NCBI GenBank assembly: GCA_005222975.1
Contig: NJBI01000010.1
Coordinates: 19,921 to 83,920, forward strand
Length of the DNA: 64,000 bases
Direction: 5' to 3'
Source: Promethearchaeota archaeon Loki_b31
GTDB lineage: Archaea; Asgardarchaeota; Lokiarchaeia; Sigyniarchaeales; SOKP01
A program made the translations under genes and the position numbers. The notes beneath the pieces were generated by a model. The model was given only the letters and a program-made list of their open reading frames with translations. It did no database searches and was not told the origin of the DNA. This document shows positions 19,315 through 30,636 of the stretch, piece by piece. Every line of letters starts with the position of its first letter. The stretch's first letter is position 1.

Positions 19315-21225
19315 ATGGAAAAATTAGGCGAAGAAAATATACCTAGACCGGAATACCCAAGACCCCAATTTGTAAGAGCAGATAATTGGATAAATCTTAA
19401 TGGAGAATGGGATTTTCAATTTGATGATTTTAATATAGGTTTAAGAGAGCGGTGGTACAAAAAACAAGCATCAAAAAAATTTGATCAAAAGATTATGGTG
19501 CCATTTTGTTTTCAAAGTGAATTGAGTAGAGTTAATGATCAAGAGTTTCATGATATTGTTTGGTATAAAAAAGTAATTAACTTACCAGAAAATTTTAAAA
19601 AAAAGCGAATCTTGTTACATTTCGGGGCAGTAGATTATCTTTGTAGAGTTTATCTAAATGGAGAGTATATAGGGAGTCATGAAGGAGGATATATTGGATT
19701 TTCGCTTGATATTACAGATTTTGTTGAGAAAGAAAATTATTTAGTTATTCGTGTAGAAGATCCAAGCACAGATAATGAGATCCCTCGAGGAAAACAGTAT
19801 TGGAGAAAACAAAATGCGGGTATTTTCTATTCTAGAGTTACAGGTATTTGGCAAACTGTGTGGATCGATTGTGTTGACTTAAATTTCTATTTAAGAAAAG
19901 TAAAAATTACGCCTGATATTGATAATTCACTAATAAATCTTGGATGCGATATTTATGGGATTGGATTTGATGATCTTTATATTCAAGTCTCGATTTTGTT
20001 TGAGAACGATTTAATAACTGAATTTGAAACGAAATTAAATTTCTTAGGTAGTATTAGTAAAAAGAAAAGAGGTAAAAATATTGTTAAAGAGGAAGTTGGA
20101 TTCTACGAAAAAATATTTCGTTTTATTAAAAACCCAAATCAATTTCAACTTAAAATAAGAATTCAGAAAGAAAAATTAGAAATGTGGGATGTTAACACCC
20201 CTAATTTGTATGATCTTCATATTTCAATTTATAACAAGAAAACGGGGGAAATCTATGATAAGGTTAAATCATATTTTGGGATGAGGAAAATTTCTATATC
20301 TAAAGGTATTGAAAGTATTAATGGTTTTAAAACTGCTAATAAGGTAATTCTATTGAATAATAAACCCATATATCAAAAATTATTCTTAGTTCAGGGTTAT
20401 TGGCCAGAAAGTTTATATACTGCCCCTTCTGATGACGCAATAAAACGAGATGTTCAGATTATTAAGGATTTCGGATTCAATGGAATAAGAACACACCAAA
20501 AAGCATTCGATCCGAGATTTCTCTATTGGTGCGATAAGATGGGAGTTTTGGTATGGAGCGAGATCGGAAATGCCTTTGTTTTTTCTAAAGATTCCCAACT
20601 CAGATTAATGAACCAATATATAGAAATGATAGAAAGAGATTATAATCATCCTTCAATAATCACTTGGGTTATTTTAAACGAAGGTTGGGGTGTAGGTAAT
20701 GCTGATAAAGACAAAAGAATGGTTGACTATATCGCTTCTATGTGCTTCTTAATAAAATCAATTGATCCAACAAGAATAATTATAGATAATGCCGGATGGT
20801 GGCATACTATTTCTGATGTTTGTACGAAACATTTCTATTTAGATACAAAATTATTACCAAAAAATTTCGATGAGGAGAAAAGTATAAAATCACCTGATCC
20901 GATAGTTCCAGATTGTTATCTTGAACCTTATCATTATAATGATGAACCAATTGTATATAGTGAAATCGGAGGTTATGGTCTTGACTATTACGAGAAAGGA
21001 ACAAAGGATTTTTTTTATCCGGTATTTAGTTCCCCTGAAGAACTTTTAACCAAGATTACAAACCTTTTAAAGGAATTTGATAGAAGAAAAGAATGGATTC
21101 ATGGATTTTGTTATACTGAGCTTTACGATCAGTTCCAGGAAATAAATGGTTTATTAACTTTCGATAGAGAACCTAAATTTCCACCGCATAAATTGAAAGA
21201 AAAACTAGATACAATGTTTTATTAA
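19315..21225 (+). CDS. Glycoside hydrolase family 2
   Basis: PRPEYPRPQF, LNGEWDF, LHFGAVDY, NHPSIITWVILNEGWG, SEIGG and YTELYD motifs. Confidence 0.92.
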   Translation: MEKLGEENIPRPEYPRPQFVRADNWINLNGEWDFQFDDFNIGLRERWYKKQASKKFDQKIMVPFCFQSELSRVNDQEFHDIVWYKKVINLPENFKKKRILLHFGAVDYLCRVYLNGEYIGSHEGGYIGFSLDITDFVEKENYLVIRVEDPSTDNEIPRGKQYWRKQNAGIFYSRVTGIWQTVWIDCVDLNFYLRKVKITPDIDNSLINLGCDIYGIGFDDLYIQVSILFENDLITEFETKLNFLGSISKKKRGKNIVKEEVGFYEKIFRFIKNPNQFQLKIRIQKEKLEMWDVNTPNLYDLHISIYNKKTGEIYDKVKSYFGMRKISISKGIESINGFKTANKVILLNNKPIYQKLFLVQGYWPESLYTAPSDDAIKRDVQIIKDFGFNGIRTHQKAFDPRFLYWCDKMGVLVWSEIGNAFVFSKDSQLRLMNQYIEMIERDYNHPSIITWVILNEGWGVGNADKDKRMVDYIASMCFLIKSIDPTRIIIDNAGWWHTISDVCTKHFYLDTKLLPKNFDEEKSIKSPDPIVPDCYLEPYHYNDEPIVYSEIGGYGLDYYEKGTKDFFYPVFSSPEELLTKITNLLKEFDRRKEWIHGFCYTELYDQFQEINGLLTFDREPKFPPHKLKEKLDTMFY

Positions 21226-21300
21226 ATTAGGTTAATTTTTCTTACAGAATATTAGAAATTAAAATTAAAATACTTTAGAATTAGTAGGTTTGAAGTTAAA

Positions 21301-22116
21301 ATGGGAAGACCGTTATGGTTCGTAAATTTGCTGAAAAAAACTTTTCCTAATATTAAATTGATAGCTAAATTAACGAGGTTTCCTGTTGTTGGTAAAATCT
21401 TTGACTTCCTGTTATTTGAAGGAGACGAAATTATATACTTGACGCAAGATAAGGTAATTTCTATTAATAAAGAAGTCAAAAAACAAGCGGAAATGGTGTT
21501 ACCCTCAAAAGTTTTGGAACACTTTATAGAAAAAGCTAACTACCATTGGGTAATGAATTTCTGTATATGTCGAGATTCAATGCAGTGCAACGACTATCCA
21601 ATTGATTTAGGATGCTTATTTCTGGGAGAAGCTGTTTTAGGAATTAATCCTCAATTAGGACGACTTGTGTCAAAAGAAGAAGCCCTTGATCATATAAAAA
21701 AATGTAAAGAAGCTGGTTTAGTTCACATGATTGGAAGAAATCGATTGGATAAGCAATGGCTTGGCGTAAATCCAGGGTATAAACTTCTAAGTATATGTAA
21801 TTGCGATCCTTGCTGCTGCTTATGGCGTATATCTCCCGTTTTAGCTTCTAAAATTGGTTCTAAAGTGCAAAAAATGCCAGGAGTCACCCTAGAAGTATCA
21901 GAAAGATGTGTGGGGTGCGGAACATGCATGCAAGGAATATGCTTTGTCGACGCGATACATATGGTTGACAACCGTGCCAAAATTACTGAGGAGTGTAGGG
22001 GGTGTGGTAGGTGCGTTGAAATTTGCCCCCAAAACGCTATCGAACTCACGATAAATGATAAAGAATATGTAGAGAAATCAATTAAACAAATTGAAAAAAT
22101 TATCGATGTTACCTAG
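21301..22116 (+). CDS. 4Fe-4S dicluster-containing protein
   Basis: CICR, ICNCDPCCC and two C-terminal ferredoxin motifs. Confidence 0.85.
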   Translation: MGRPLWFVNLLKKTFPNIKLIAKLTRFPVVGKIFDFLLFEGDEIIYLTQDKVISINKEVKKQAEMVLPSKVLEHFIEKANYHWVMNFCICRDSMQCNDYPIDLGCLFLGEAVLGINPQLGRLVSKEEALDHIKKCKEAGLVHMIGRNRLDKQWLGVNPGYKLLSICNCDPCCCLWRISPVLASKIGSKVQKMPGVTLEVSERCVGCGTCMQGICFVDAIHMVDNRAKITEECRGCGRCVEICPQNAIELTINDKEYVEKSIKQIEKIIDVT

Positions 22117-22150
22117 TTTTAAATCTTACCAATCTTAATTCTTTAATGAA

Positions 22151-23266
22151 ATGAGAATTAAGGACTTTAAATTAGAAGAATATTTCGCAAAGTATGAGTT
22201 TAATGTTAAATACTCTTTGTGTTCCTCAGATTGCGAATCATTTAGCGTAGATGAATTGCTAACTTTAGAAAAGGATTCCTTAAAAGATCTTAAAGAAGTT
22301 TGGCTAGGTTATACTGAATCTCTTGGCAATCCTTTGTTAAGAGAAGAAATCTCTAAATTGTATAGCGATATCAAGCCAGAAGAGATAATTGTTTTTTCTG
22401 GAGCCCAAGAAGGAATTTTTGTTTTTATGAATGTTTTATTAAAGAAAGGAGATCATGTGATCGTTCAATATCCTGCTTATCAATCGCTATACGAAATCGC
22501 TAACGCTATAGGATGTAAAGTTACTAAGTGGATAATGAGTGATGAGAACAATTGGGAACTTGATTTGAAATTCTTAGAATCAAACATAGAGAAATCTACT
22601 AAATGTATTGTTGTAAATTTTCCACATAATCCAACTGGGCACCTCATCTCAAAAGAAAATTACGAAAAAATTATTAAGATAGCTAAAGAAAACGATATTT
22701 ACCTTCTTTCTGACGAGGTTTATAAATTTTTGGAGTATAACAAAGCCGACAGATTACCATCTGCTTGCGATCTTTACGAAAAAGGAATATCAATAGGCGT
22801 GATGTCAAAAGCATTTGGCCTTGCTGGGTTAAGAATTGGATGGATTGCAACAAAAAATAAAGCACTTTTCAAAAAAATCGCTTCTTTCAAGAATTATACT
22901 ACTATTTGCAATAGTGCCTTAAGCGAATTTTTTTCAATTTTGGCTTTACGTAATAGGGACAATATTATTAACAGGAATTTGGACATAATTAATAAAAATT
23001 TGAACCTACTGGATAACTTTTTCAATAAATATAAAAATATATTCTATTGGGTTAAACCAATAGCCAGCTCAATAGCTTTTCCTAGATTAATAATAGATAC
23101 TAATGTGGAAGCTTTCTGTTTTGACTTAATAAAAGAGAAAGGAGTATTATTGATGCCTGGCACCAAATACGATTATGGCGATCACCACTTTAGAATTGGA
23201 TTTGGTAGAAAAAACATGCCTAAAGCATTAAAAAAATTAGAAGAATACTTAGAAGAAAAATATTAA
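22151..23266 (+). CDS. PLP-dependent aminotransferase class I/II
   Basis: NFPHNPTG, SDEVY and SKAFGLAGLRIGW motifs. Confidence 0.92.
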   Translation: MRIKDFKLEEYFAKYEFNVKYSLCSSDCESFSVDELLTLEKDSLKDLKEVWLGYTESLGNPLLREEISKLYSDIKPEEIIVFSGAQEGIFVFMNVLLKKGDHVIVQYPAYQSLYEIANAIGCKVTKWIMSDENNWELDLKFLESNIEKSTKCIVVNFPHNPTGHLISKENYEKIIKIAKENDIYLLSDEVYKFLEYNKADRLPSACDLYEKGISIGVMSKAFGLAGLRIGWIATKNKALFKKIASFKNYTTICNSALSEFFSILALRNRDNIINRNLDIINKNLNLLDNFFNKYKNIFYWVKPIASSIAFPRLIIDTNVEAFCFDLIKEKGVLLMPGTKYDYGDHHFRIGFGRKNMPKALKKLEEYLEEKY

Positions 23267-23288
23267 AATTTAAAATTTTAAGGTATTA

Positions 23289-24173
23289 TTATACATCAAT
23301 TCCATTCATTTTTGCTAAAACTCTGTATAATCCTTGAGTTCCAAGGTTCTCTAAACCTAATGCCGTTGCAGATATGTAAAACTGATAAGCGAGGGCAAGC
23401 CCGGGTAACGATAAATTCAATTGTTTCGCTTCTTTTAACGCAATGCCCATGTCCTTTATGAAATGTTTAATAAAAAAGCCCGGATCGAAATTACCTTTTA
23501 CAATTCGGGGACCAAGATTGTTTATCGACCAACAGCCCGCAGCACCCTTCCCAATAACATTTATTACTTCCCCTAAATCATTTCCTGCTTTATAAGCGTA
23601 CAATAAGGACTCTACAACCCCTATCATAGTAGAGGCAATGAGAATTTGATTACTCATTTTAGTATGTTGCCCAGCTCCTGCTTTACCCATATATGCGATA
23701 TTTTTACCCATTAACTCGAAAAAAGGGAACACTTTTTCGTACGTCTCTTTATCGCCACCAGCCATTATTGCTAGCATTCCATTTTTAGCGCCAACATCTC
23801 CTCCAGATACAGGTGCATCGATAGATAATACGCCTATCTTTTTTGCCTCTTTATATACTCTTTGAGCAAGAGAAGGTTCGGATGTTGTCATATCAACGAT
23901 AATTGACCCTTTTTTTATCGCTTTTAGAACTCCATTTTCTCCTAGATAAACATCTTCGACATCGTGAGGGAAGCCAACGATGGTAAAAACGATATCACTC
24001 TTTTCAGCAACTTCTTTAGGGTTTGAACACCAAACAGCGCCCATATCAATCAATTCTTTAGCTTTTTCTTTTGTTCGATTATAAACTGAAACATTATATC
24101 CAGCTTTTAAAATATGGGCACACATAGACTTACCCATAACTCCTGTTCCTATCCATCCAACACGGTTATCCAT
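23289..24173 (-). CDS. NAD(P)-dependent 3-hydroxyisobutyrate/tartronate semialdehyde reductase family
   Basis: GWIGTGVMG, DAPVSGGDVGA, GAGQHTKMSNQ and FIKDMGIA motifs. Confidence 0.92.
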   Translation of the reverse strand: MDNRVGWIGTGVMGKSMCAHILKAGYNVSVYNRTKEKAKELIDMGAVWCSNPKEVAEKSDIVFTIVGFPHDVEDVYLGENGVLKAIKKGSIIVDMTTSEPSLAQRVYKEAKKIGVLSIDAPVSGGDVGAKNGMLAIMAGGDKETYEKVFPFFELMGKNIAYMGKAGAGQHTKMSNQILIASTMIGVVESLLYAYKAGNDLGEVINVIGKGAAGCWSINNLGPRIVKGNFDPGFFIKHFIKDMGIALKEAKQLNLSLPGLALAYQFYISATALGLENLGTQGLYRVLAKMNGIDV

Positions 24174-24279
24174 ATTTTTATCAACTTTTTAAGCGAAATT
24201 CTTTAATTACTATATTCAGATTAATTTAAGAAAATTTGTAATCTTTTTTCCTATAAATTTTTAAAAAAGAAATTAAGAG

Positions 24280-25731
24280 TTATTTGTGTTTTTGCTCCCA
24301 AAATAGATTTCCTTTCTTAACATTATCAATTCGTGTTCTATGTTTAAGCGCAGAAACCGCTTGAACTGCTTCTTTAATGGAATGAAAAGTGGATATGTAC
24401 GCGAGTTCAAGGGATTCGATTATTAAAGTGTATTTTGGAACGTACGGAATAAAACATACTACGGGCTTATTTTTTGTAGAAACAATATTAGCTATCCTTC
24501 GACCTATTTGAAACGAGATGTTAGGAGGATAAGGAAGCAGTAGTAATATTATACACTCAATACGCTCAACATCCGATAAATATCTTACTATATCTTCAAT
24601 ATCGGTATCGATCACAGAACCCGTTAAATCTATTGGATTATTAAAAGATGCAATTTCTTGGGTAGCGGGATTCATAAGCTTTCTTAAGTCTTTTTTCTCT
24701 TGCCTTTCAAGTCGTACTGCATTCAAACCATAATTTTTCAACATATCGGACGCAATTACTCCGTGGCCTCCAGAAACTGACACAATCACGACATCTCCAT
24801 AGGTAATAACATTTTGCCCAAATGGGTTTTTTCTATGCGATAATACATCATAGACTTTTAAGCTCGATAATAGCTCTCTTTCAGAATTAGCTTGTATAAT
24901 TTGATATTGCCTCAATGCTGCTGATAGTATTTTATAATTTCCTGCTAAACTAGCTGTATGCGACTGTGTAGCTACTTTTCCTTCCCTAGTTTTTCCTCCA
25001 AAGAAAGTTACAACAGTATCCTCTGATTCTTTTGCTAATTGCAAAAATCTTCTTGCTCTCCCTTCCTTAAATCCCTCTAAATAGAACGCAATGTTAGTTG
25101 TTTCCTTGTCGACCTTGCTAAAATATTCTAATAGCATTGTTTCGTCAACAACCGCTCGATTTCCTATGGAAACTGCGGTAGATACGCCTATATTTCTCTC
25201 CTTGAATTTATTGAAAAACTGGTCTACCAATACTCCTCCACTTTGACTTATTAATGCCACAGAACCTTTCGGTGGTCTTGTAATACGCTCCGTAGGTAAA
25301 AAGATTGTGTCTACAAGTGGACTTGCGTAAACACCAAGACAATTCGGACCGAGAACTGCAATATCGTTTTCAAAAGCTATTTTCTCCAATATTTGTTGTC
25401 TTTTCTTACCTTTTCCCCCGATTTCAGCAAAACCGCCACTAATTATCACGCTTGAAGGAATTCCTAGATCTGCGCAGTCTTGGATATATCCTAAGGTGTC
25501 GTCCGGTCCAACTGCAATAACGAGGAGATCTGGAATCTTAGGTAATTTATCTAACCTTTCGTACAATTGAATGCCTTCAATATCCCCTCCCGTTGGATAA
25601 ATTCCAAAAACCTCGACATTCATTTCAAACTCATTTTTTAATAAAACAATTCTTCCCGGGCTAAGGGGATTTCTTTTTGAAATACCCACTACTGCCATTG
25701 ATTTTGGTTTGAATAACTTTTCTAAATCCAT
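24280..25731 (-). CDS. Acyl-CoA synthetase (NDP-forming) alpha subunit
   Basis: LFKPKSMAVVG, GPNCLG, SQSGG, the phospho-His motif SHTASLAG, and NPIDLTG. Confidence 0.88.
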   Translation of the reverse strand: MDLEKLFKPKSMAVVGISKRNPLSPGRIVLLKNEFEMNVEVFGIYPTGGDIEGIQLYERLDKLPKIPDLLVIAVGPDDTLGYIQDCADLGIPSSVIISGGFAEIGGKGKKRQQILEKIAFENDIAVLGPNCLGVYASPLVDTIFLPTERITRPPKGSVALISQSGGVLVDQFFNKFKERNIGVSTAVSIGNRAVVDETMLLEYFSKVDKETTNIAFYLEGFKEGRARRFLQLAKESEDTVVTFFGGKTREGKVATQSHTASLAGNYKILSAALRQYQIIQANSERELLSSLKVYDVLSHRKNPFGQNVITYGDVVIVSVSGGHGVIASDMLKNYGLNAVRLERQEKKDLRKLMNPATQEIASFNNPIDLTGSVIDTDIEDIVRYLSDVERIECIILLLLPYPPNISFQIGRRIANIVSTKNKPVVCFIPYVPKYTLIIESLELAYISTFHSIKEAVQAVSALKHRTRIDNVKKGNLFWEQKHK

Positions 25732-25968
25732 TTTAGACAGAACTCTTCAATGTTCTTTATAGTGATATATTTGTTAAAGATTAAAATCATATCTATTTTT
25801 ATCTTATGTTTATTTTTGATAATAATTCAATAGAATAAAGATTAAAGGATTAAGGTTTTGACTCTATTAAATTTCAAAATAAGTATCAAACTTCCAATCA
25901 TGAACAAATATTTATTTAAGATAAAAAAGAAATAAGATCAATTTAATTAAAAATTTTACTGGTAATTT

Positions 25969-27369
25969 ATGAGCGAAACTGAAAATAGAATTGAAAAAAC
26001 AAAATTTTCATATAAACGCGCTGTTTCCTACAGCATTGGTCAAATCGCGGATATAGCCTCTTACCAAGCGTTCACATTTTTGACTTTTACATTTTACTTC
26101 GCAGTCGTAGGAATCGACATAGGGTTAATTATGATAGGATTTATTATATGGTCAATATGGAATAGTTTCAACGATACATTTATCGGTTATTTATCGGATA
26201 AAACACATACTAGATGGGGGCGTAGATTCCCTTGGATCATGGCTTCTTTAATTCCAATAGCCGTGATTATGGTTCTATTGTTTACACCACTATCTTCAAT
26301 AGGTATTACCGATCCTACTCTAAACTTCGTATATTTTATGATTATAATCATTGTATTTGAATTATTTTTTACAATGTATGATATAAATTATACTTCTTTG
26401 TACCCAGAAATTTTTATAACTGAGGAAGAACGGGCGAAAGGTAATAATGTAAGGCAACTTTTTGCTATAGTTGGATTGCTTGCAGCCTTCCTTTTGCCTG
26501 GCATGTTTATTTCTAGCTATACAAGCCCATTACCTGGAGAATATCCTACTTATGGAATAGTTGTTGCCATAATTGTCGTTATTGCTGGTTTACTTTTCTT
26601 AAAATTCTCACCAAAAGGAAGAACTGAATTTCGGAAGGATTATAAAGACGCTCCTAATTTTTTCAACACTTTAAAATATAGTTTTAAAAATAAGAGCTTC
26701 ATGCGTTACATTCCCGCAGAAATTGCTAATTGGTTTGTTTATGGGATGATTCCTGTGATGGTTCCCCTTTATGGTGAATTTATTTTAGATGTTGAACCTT
26801 TTACTATATCGCTTTTGTTAGGTGTTAGTTTTTTATCTGCTGGACTTTTTATGACAGTACTTTGGAAACCAGTGGTTCAAAAATTAGGCCCGAGAAAATC
26901 GTGGCTAATATCAATGACAATTTGGATCATAACTCTAATTCCGCTATTTTTTCTAGGGCCAGGGATGGAAGTAGTAGCATTTATAGTATTCTTCTTAATT
27001 GGAATAGGTTTAGCTGGCTCTTTATACATAATTGATATAATTATTGCAGACATTGTAGACGAAGACGAAGTGAAAACAGGAATACGCCGTGAGGGGGGAT
27101 ATTACGGAATCAACATCTTCTTTCAGCGATTTGCAACTGTATTTGTTTTTCTAATTATAGGACCTGTGTTTCTTATTGCTGATTGGGGTACATTCACTCC
27201 TATTGACATCCCAGAATTTGAAATAAGGAGTTTGTTGGTAATCTTTCCCGTAATAGCTCTGGTAATCGCTATTATTGCAATATATTTTTACCCTTTAGAT
27301 GGCAAATATTTAAAGCAAATCAAAGAACAACGCGATGAAATTCATCAAGACAAAAAATCAAAAATTTAA
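25969..27369 (+). CDS. MFS transporter, glycoside-pentoside-hexuronide (GPH) family
   Basis: ND..IGYLSDKTHTRWGRRFPW and DIVDEDEVKTGIRREG motifs; about 12 TM segments. Confidence 0.9.
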   Translation: MSETENRIEKTKFSYKRAVSYSIGQIADIASYQAFTFLTFTFYFAVVGIDIGLIMIGFIIWSIWNSFNDTFIGYLSDKTHTRWGRRFPWIMASLIPIAVIMVLLFTPLSSIGITDPTLNFVYFMIIIIVFELFFTMYDINYTSLYPEIFITEEERAKGNNVRQLFAIVGLLAAFLLPGMFISSYTSPLPGEYPTYGIVVAIIVVIAGLLFLKFSPKGRTEFRKDYKDAPNFFNTLKYSFKNKSFMRYIPAEIANWFVYGMIPVMVPLYGEFILDVEPFTISLLLGVSFLSAGLFMTVLWKPVVQKLGPRKSWLISMTIWIITLIPLFFLGPGMEVVAFIVFFLIGIGLAGSLYIIDIIIADIVDEDEVKTGIRREGGYYGINIFFQRFATVFVFLIIGPVFLIADWGTFTPIDIPEFEIRSLLVIFPVIALVIAIIAIYFYPLDGKYLKQIKEQRDEIHQDKKSKI

Positions 27370-27440
27370 CTTTTTTTTATTTTATTAAGTATCTATAAAG
27401 TAATATATTGTTAAAATTCATTATTGAAATTGAAAATTCT

Positions 27441-28961
27441 ATGAAAGTATGTATAATTGGATCTGGTATTGCAGGATTAACCTCTGCGGCATATTTAGTA
27501 AAGAATGGGCATAAAGTCACAATTTTTGAACAATTTAATCAAATTGGAGGTGTTACTGCTTCATTCGAAAAGGACGGATATAAATGGGATTTAGGACAAC
27601 TTCTACTCGAGGGGATAGGGGCAGGAGAACCAGTTGGTGATGTACTTAAAGAATTGGGAGTGTTGGATCAAATTGAAGTGATAAAGGACGATCGAACATA
27701 TATTTTCCCCGATTTTGAAATAAAAAAACCTGAGAAGTATGAAGGTCTTAAATGGAGGATGGATAAGTTAAGGGAACTTTTTCCAGAGGACGCTAAAGGA
27801 TTGTCTAAATACTGGAAATATTATCTGCGCTTTATGAAACTAATGACAATCGCGCGTAAAATGGAAAAAACAAAAGGAATAAGAAAATTTGGTTATAAAA
27901 TTTCTCTATTATTAACATTATTCCCTTTAATTACGAAAAAAAATTGGAGCGCTCAAAAATTAATGGATCATCTCTTTAAATCTAAAAGGCTTCAAAGCAT
28001 ATTTATCTCTATATTGGCAGATTTTTTCGTAAAACCAACTCAGTTTATTGGACTCGGGGTTTTCGCTTTGAATCCAGAACCTTTTTACGATAAACGAATG
28101 CCAAAAAAATTAACAAAAAAATCTGAACATTTACATCTTTTTAATGTTTTAGGAGGAATTGGTTCTTTAATAGATGCATTAAGCAATAGAATTCAACAAA
28201 AAGGAGGAAAAATCTTAACAAATAGTTTGGTTTCAATAATACTCGTTGAAAACAATAAGGTTACAGGTTTACAAACTGACAACGGTCAAACACACCCTGC
28301 TGACTTAATAATTGCAAGTGGAGGGGCGAAAGAAACATTTTTGAAGTTAATTGGAAAAAAAGATTTACCTATAGAATTTTTAGAGGAAGTCGAAAATATT
28401 TCATTAATGGATTCTGTATGTATGGTTCATCTAGGTGTAGATTATAACCCGTCTCCCTACTTATCAGAAGTGTGTACTTATTATTATGGTACATACGATA
28501 TTGAAGGAGGGGTAGAACATTGTCTAAAAGGTCTTTACCACGAAGGGGCAGATGGTTTTGTAGTACATGTCCCTTCATTTCATTCTCCATCGATGGCTCC
28601 TCCAGATCATAATGCGATAACAATTTATACAATTTGTCCAGATTCATTAAAAGAAGGAAATTGGGAGGAAAAAAAAGAAGGGTACTCCGAAAAGTTAATA
28701 GAATATGCCGAGAAAAGGATTCCTAACCTTCGAGACCACATCAAAACTAAAATAATTATGACTCCAGAAGATTTTCGGAAAAGAACTAATTTAAATCATC
28801 ACGCTTTTGGTGGAATAGCACCAATCATGGGCAAACAAGGTATTCCTCATAAAACCCCAATTGAGAATTTATGGTTTGTGGGTGCACAAAGCGAAAGTGG
28901 GGGCGGTGTTAGCACGATTATACTAAGTATATATAGGATGATAAAAAGATTTAAAATTTAA
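27441..28961 (+). CDS. FAD-dependent oxidoreductase, phytoene desaturase (CrtI)-like
   Basis: IIGSGIAGL...FEQ...GG, MTPEDF and TPIENLWFVG...GGGV motifs; ATG at 27441. Confidence 0.85.
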   Translation: MKVCIIGSGIAGLTSAAYLVKNGHKVTIFEQFNQIGGVTASFEKDGYKWDLGQLLLEGIGAGEPVGDVLKELGVLDQIEVIKDDRTYIFPDFEIKKPEKYEGLKWRMDKLRELFPEDAKGLSKYWKYYLRFMKLMTIARKMEKTKGIRKFGYKISLLLTLFPLITKKNWSAQKLMDHLFKSKRLQSIFISILADFFVKPTQFIGLGVFALNPEPFYDKRMPKKLTKKSEHLHLFNVLGGIGSLIDALSNRIQQKGGKILTNSLVSIILVENNKVTGLQTDNGQTHPADLIIASGGAKETFLKLIGKKDLPIEFLEEVENISLMDSVCMVHLGVDYNPSPYLSEVCTYYYGTYDIEGGVEHCLKGLYHEGADGFVVHVPSFHSPSMAPPDHNAITIYTICPDSLKEGNWEEKKEGYSEKLIEYAEKRIPNLRDHIKTKIIMTPEDFRKRTNLNHHAFGGIAPIMGKQGIPHKTPIENLWFVGAQSESGGGVSTIILSIYRMIKRFKI

Positions 28962-29084
28962 TTGATTAAATCTCTTAAATTTTAATATAATTAATGAAAA
29001 ATGTCTTACCTAAACATTTATTAAAGAAAAAATTGATTAAGATTAACTACAAATTTATTAAAATTGATTAATTGGTGATGATTT

Positions 29085-30476
29085 TTGAGTAAAAAAGAAT
29101 CTGGAACTCTTAAAAAAGCGTTTTTCTATAGTTTTGGTCAAATAAGTGATGTAACAGCCTACCAAGCATTTATTCTTTTAATTTTTACATTTTATTTTAC
29201 TGTAGTTCAAATAAATATATGGTTAATCACTCTAGGATATTTTATATGGACGGTTTGGAACATGTTTAACGACCCTTTAATAGGATATTTATCAGATAGA
29301 ACTCACACAAAATGGGGTCGCCGTATGCCTTATATTGTTGTATTTTTCGCACCTTTAGCTGTAGTAATGTATTTCCTGTTCACACCTCCGTTGCCTGTTG
29401 GTACAATAAATGAAGTTGGTAATTTCTACTATTTTTAAATGATTATTCTCGTCTTTGAACTATTTTACACTGCTTTCAGTTTAAATCTGACGTCACTTTT
29501 TCCAGAAGTTTTCATGACCGAGCAAGAACGAACGAAAGCAAATAATGTTCGTCAAATTTTCTCAATTATAGGCTTAATTTTTGCGTTTATATTGCCTGGA
29601 CTAATAATATCAGATTTTTCTGATCCCGGTGCTTTACCTGAATATCAATTGTTCGGAATTATAGCCGGAATAATTGTAATCGTGGGGGTATTAATTTTTC
29701 TGCTATTTGGTCCAAAAGAAAAACAAGAATTTCGAGAAGATTATAAGAATGCATTTGGATTCTTTAAAACTATAAAATTTTGCTTTAAGAGTAAGTCTTT
29801 TAGATGGTATATCGTTTCGGAAACATCAAATTGGTTTGTATTTGGTATGCTTCCTACTCTCGTTCCACTCTATGCAAAATTCGTTTTAAATGAATCAGTC
29901 GCATTCATGGCTTCACTGCTTTTAGGCTTAACATTTATTTCAGCTACGCTTTTTATTACATTCTTGTGGAGACCAGTTGTTCGTAAATTCGGTAATAGAA
30001 AAGCGTGGATGATCTCAATGACCATCTGGATATTATCACTGTTTCCTTTAATGTTTATAGGAGATCTTATATCAGGGATGATTATTTTCTTCTTAATAGG
30101 GATGGGTTTATCTGGTTCATTGTATATTATTGACCTAGTTGTCGCGGATATCGTAGACGAAGACGAAATTACTACAGGAATGCGTAGAGAAGCGGGATTT
30201 TATGGCGTAAATGCTTTCGTCCTTAGGTTTTCTAATATTTTAGTAATTTTAGCCATAAGCACAGTTTTTAGTACTGTTGGTTGGGCAACCTTTGATCCAT
30301 CAGTTGATCCATCGCAAGTTGCTTTCGGGTTAAGAGCTTTAATCTTTATATTTCCAGCAATAGCCCTATTAATTGCCATATTGGCAATATACAAATACCC
30401 CTTACACGGTGAAAAACTTAAGGAAGTCAAAGAAAAACTCGAGGAAATTCACGAACAAAAGAAAGCAAGAGTGTAA
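29085..30476 (+). pseudogene. GPH-family MFS transporter interrupted by an in-frame TAA (29436-29438)
   Basis: Track ORFs 29085..29438 and 29439..30476 are in one frame. YYF*MIILVFELF aligns colinearly with VYFMIIIIVFELF of the paralog at 25969. Confidence 0.75.
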
Positions 30477-30636
30477 AATTAAAAAATTTTTCTTTTTTTT
30501 CTTATTCTTATTTCTATTTAATTGTTTATTATCAATAAAAAAAAATATTATTTCCTCCAACTATTAAATTAGCTCTTAATAATCAATAAATATTAAAAAT
30601 TAGATAAGGAAAATAAAAGAAATAATAATTCAGAAT

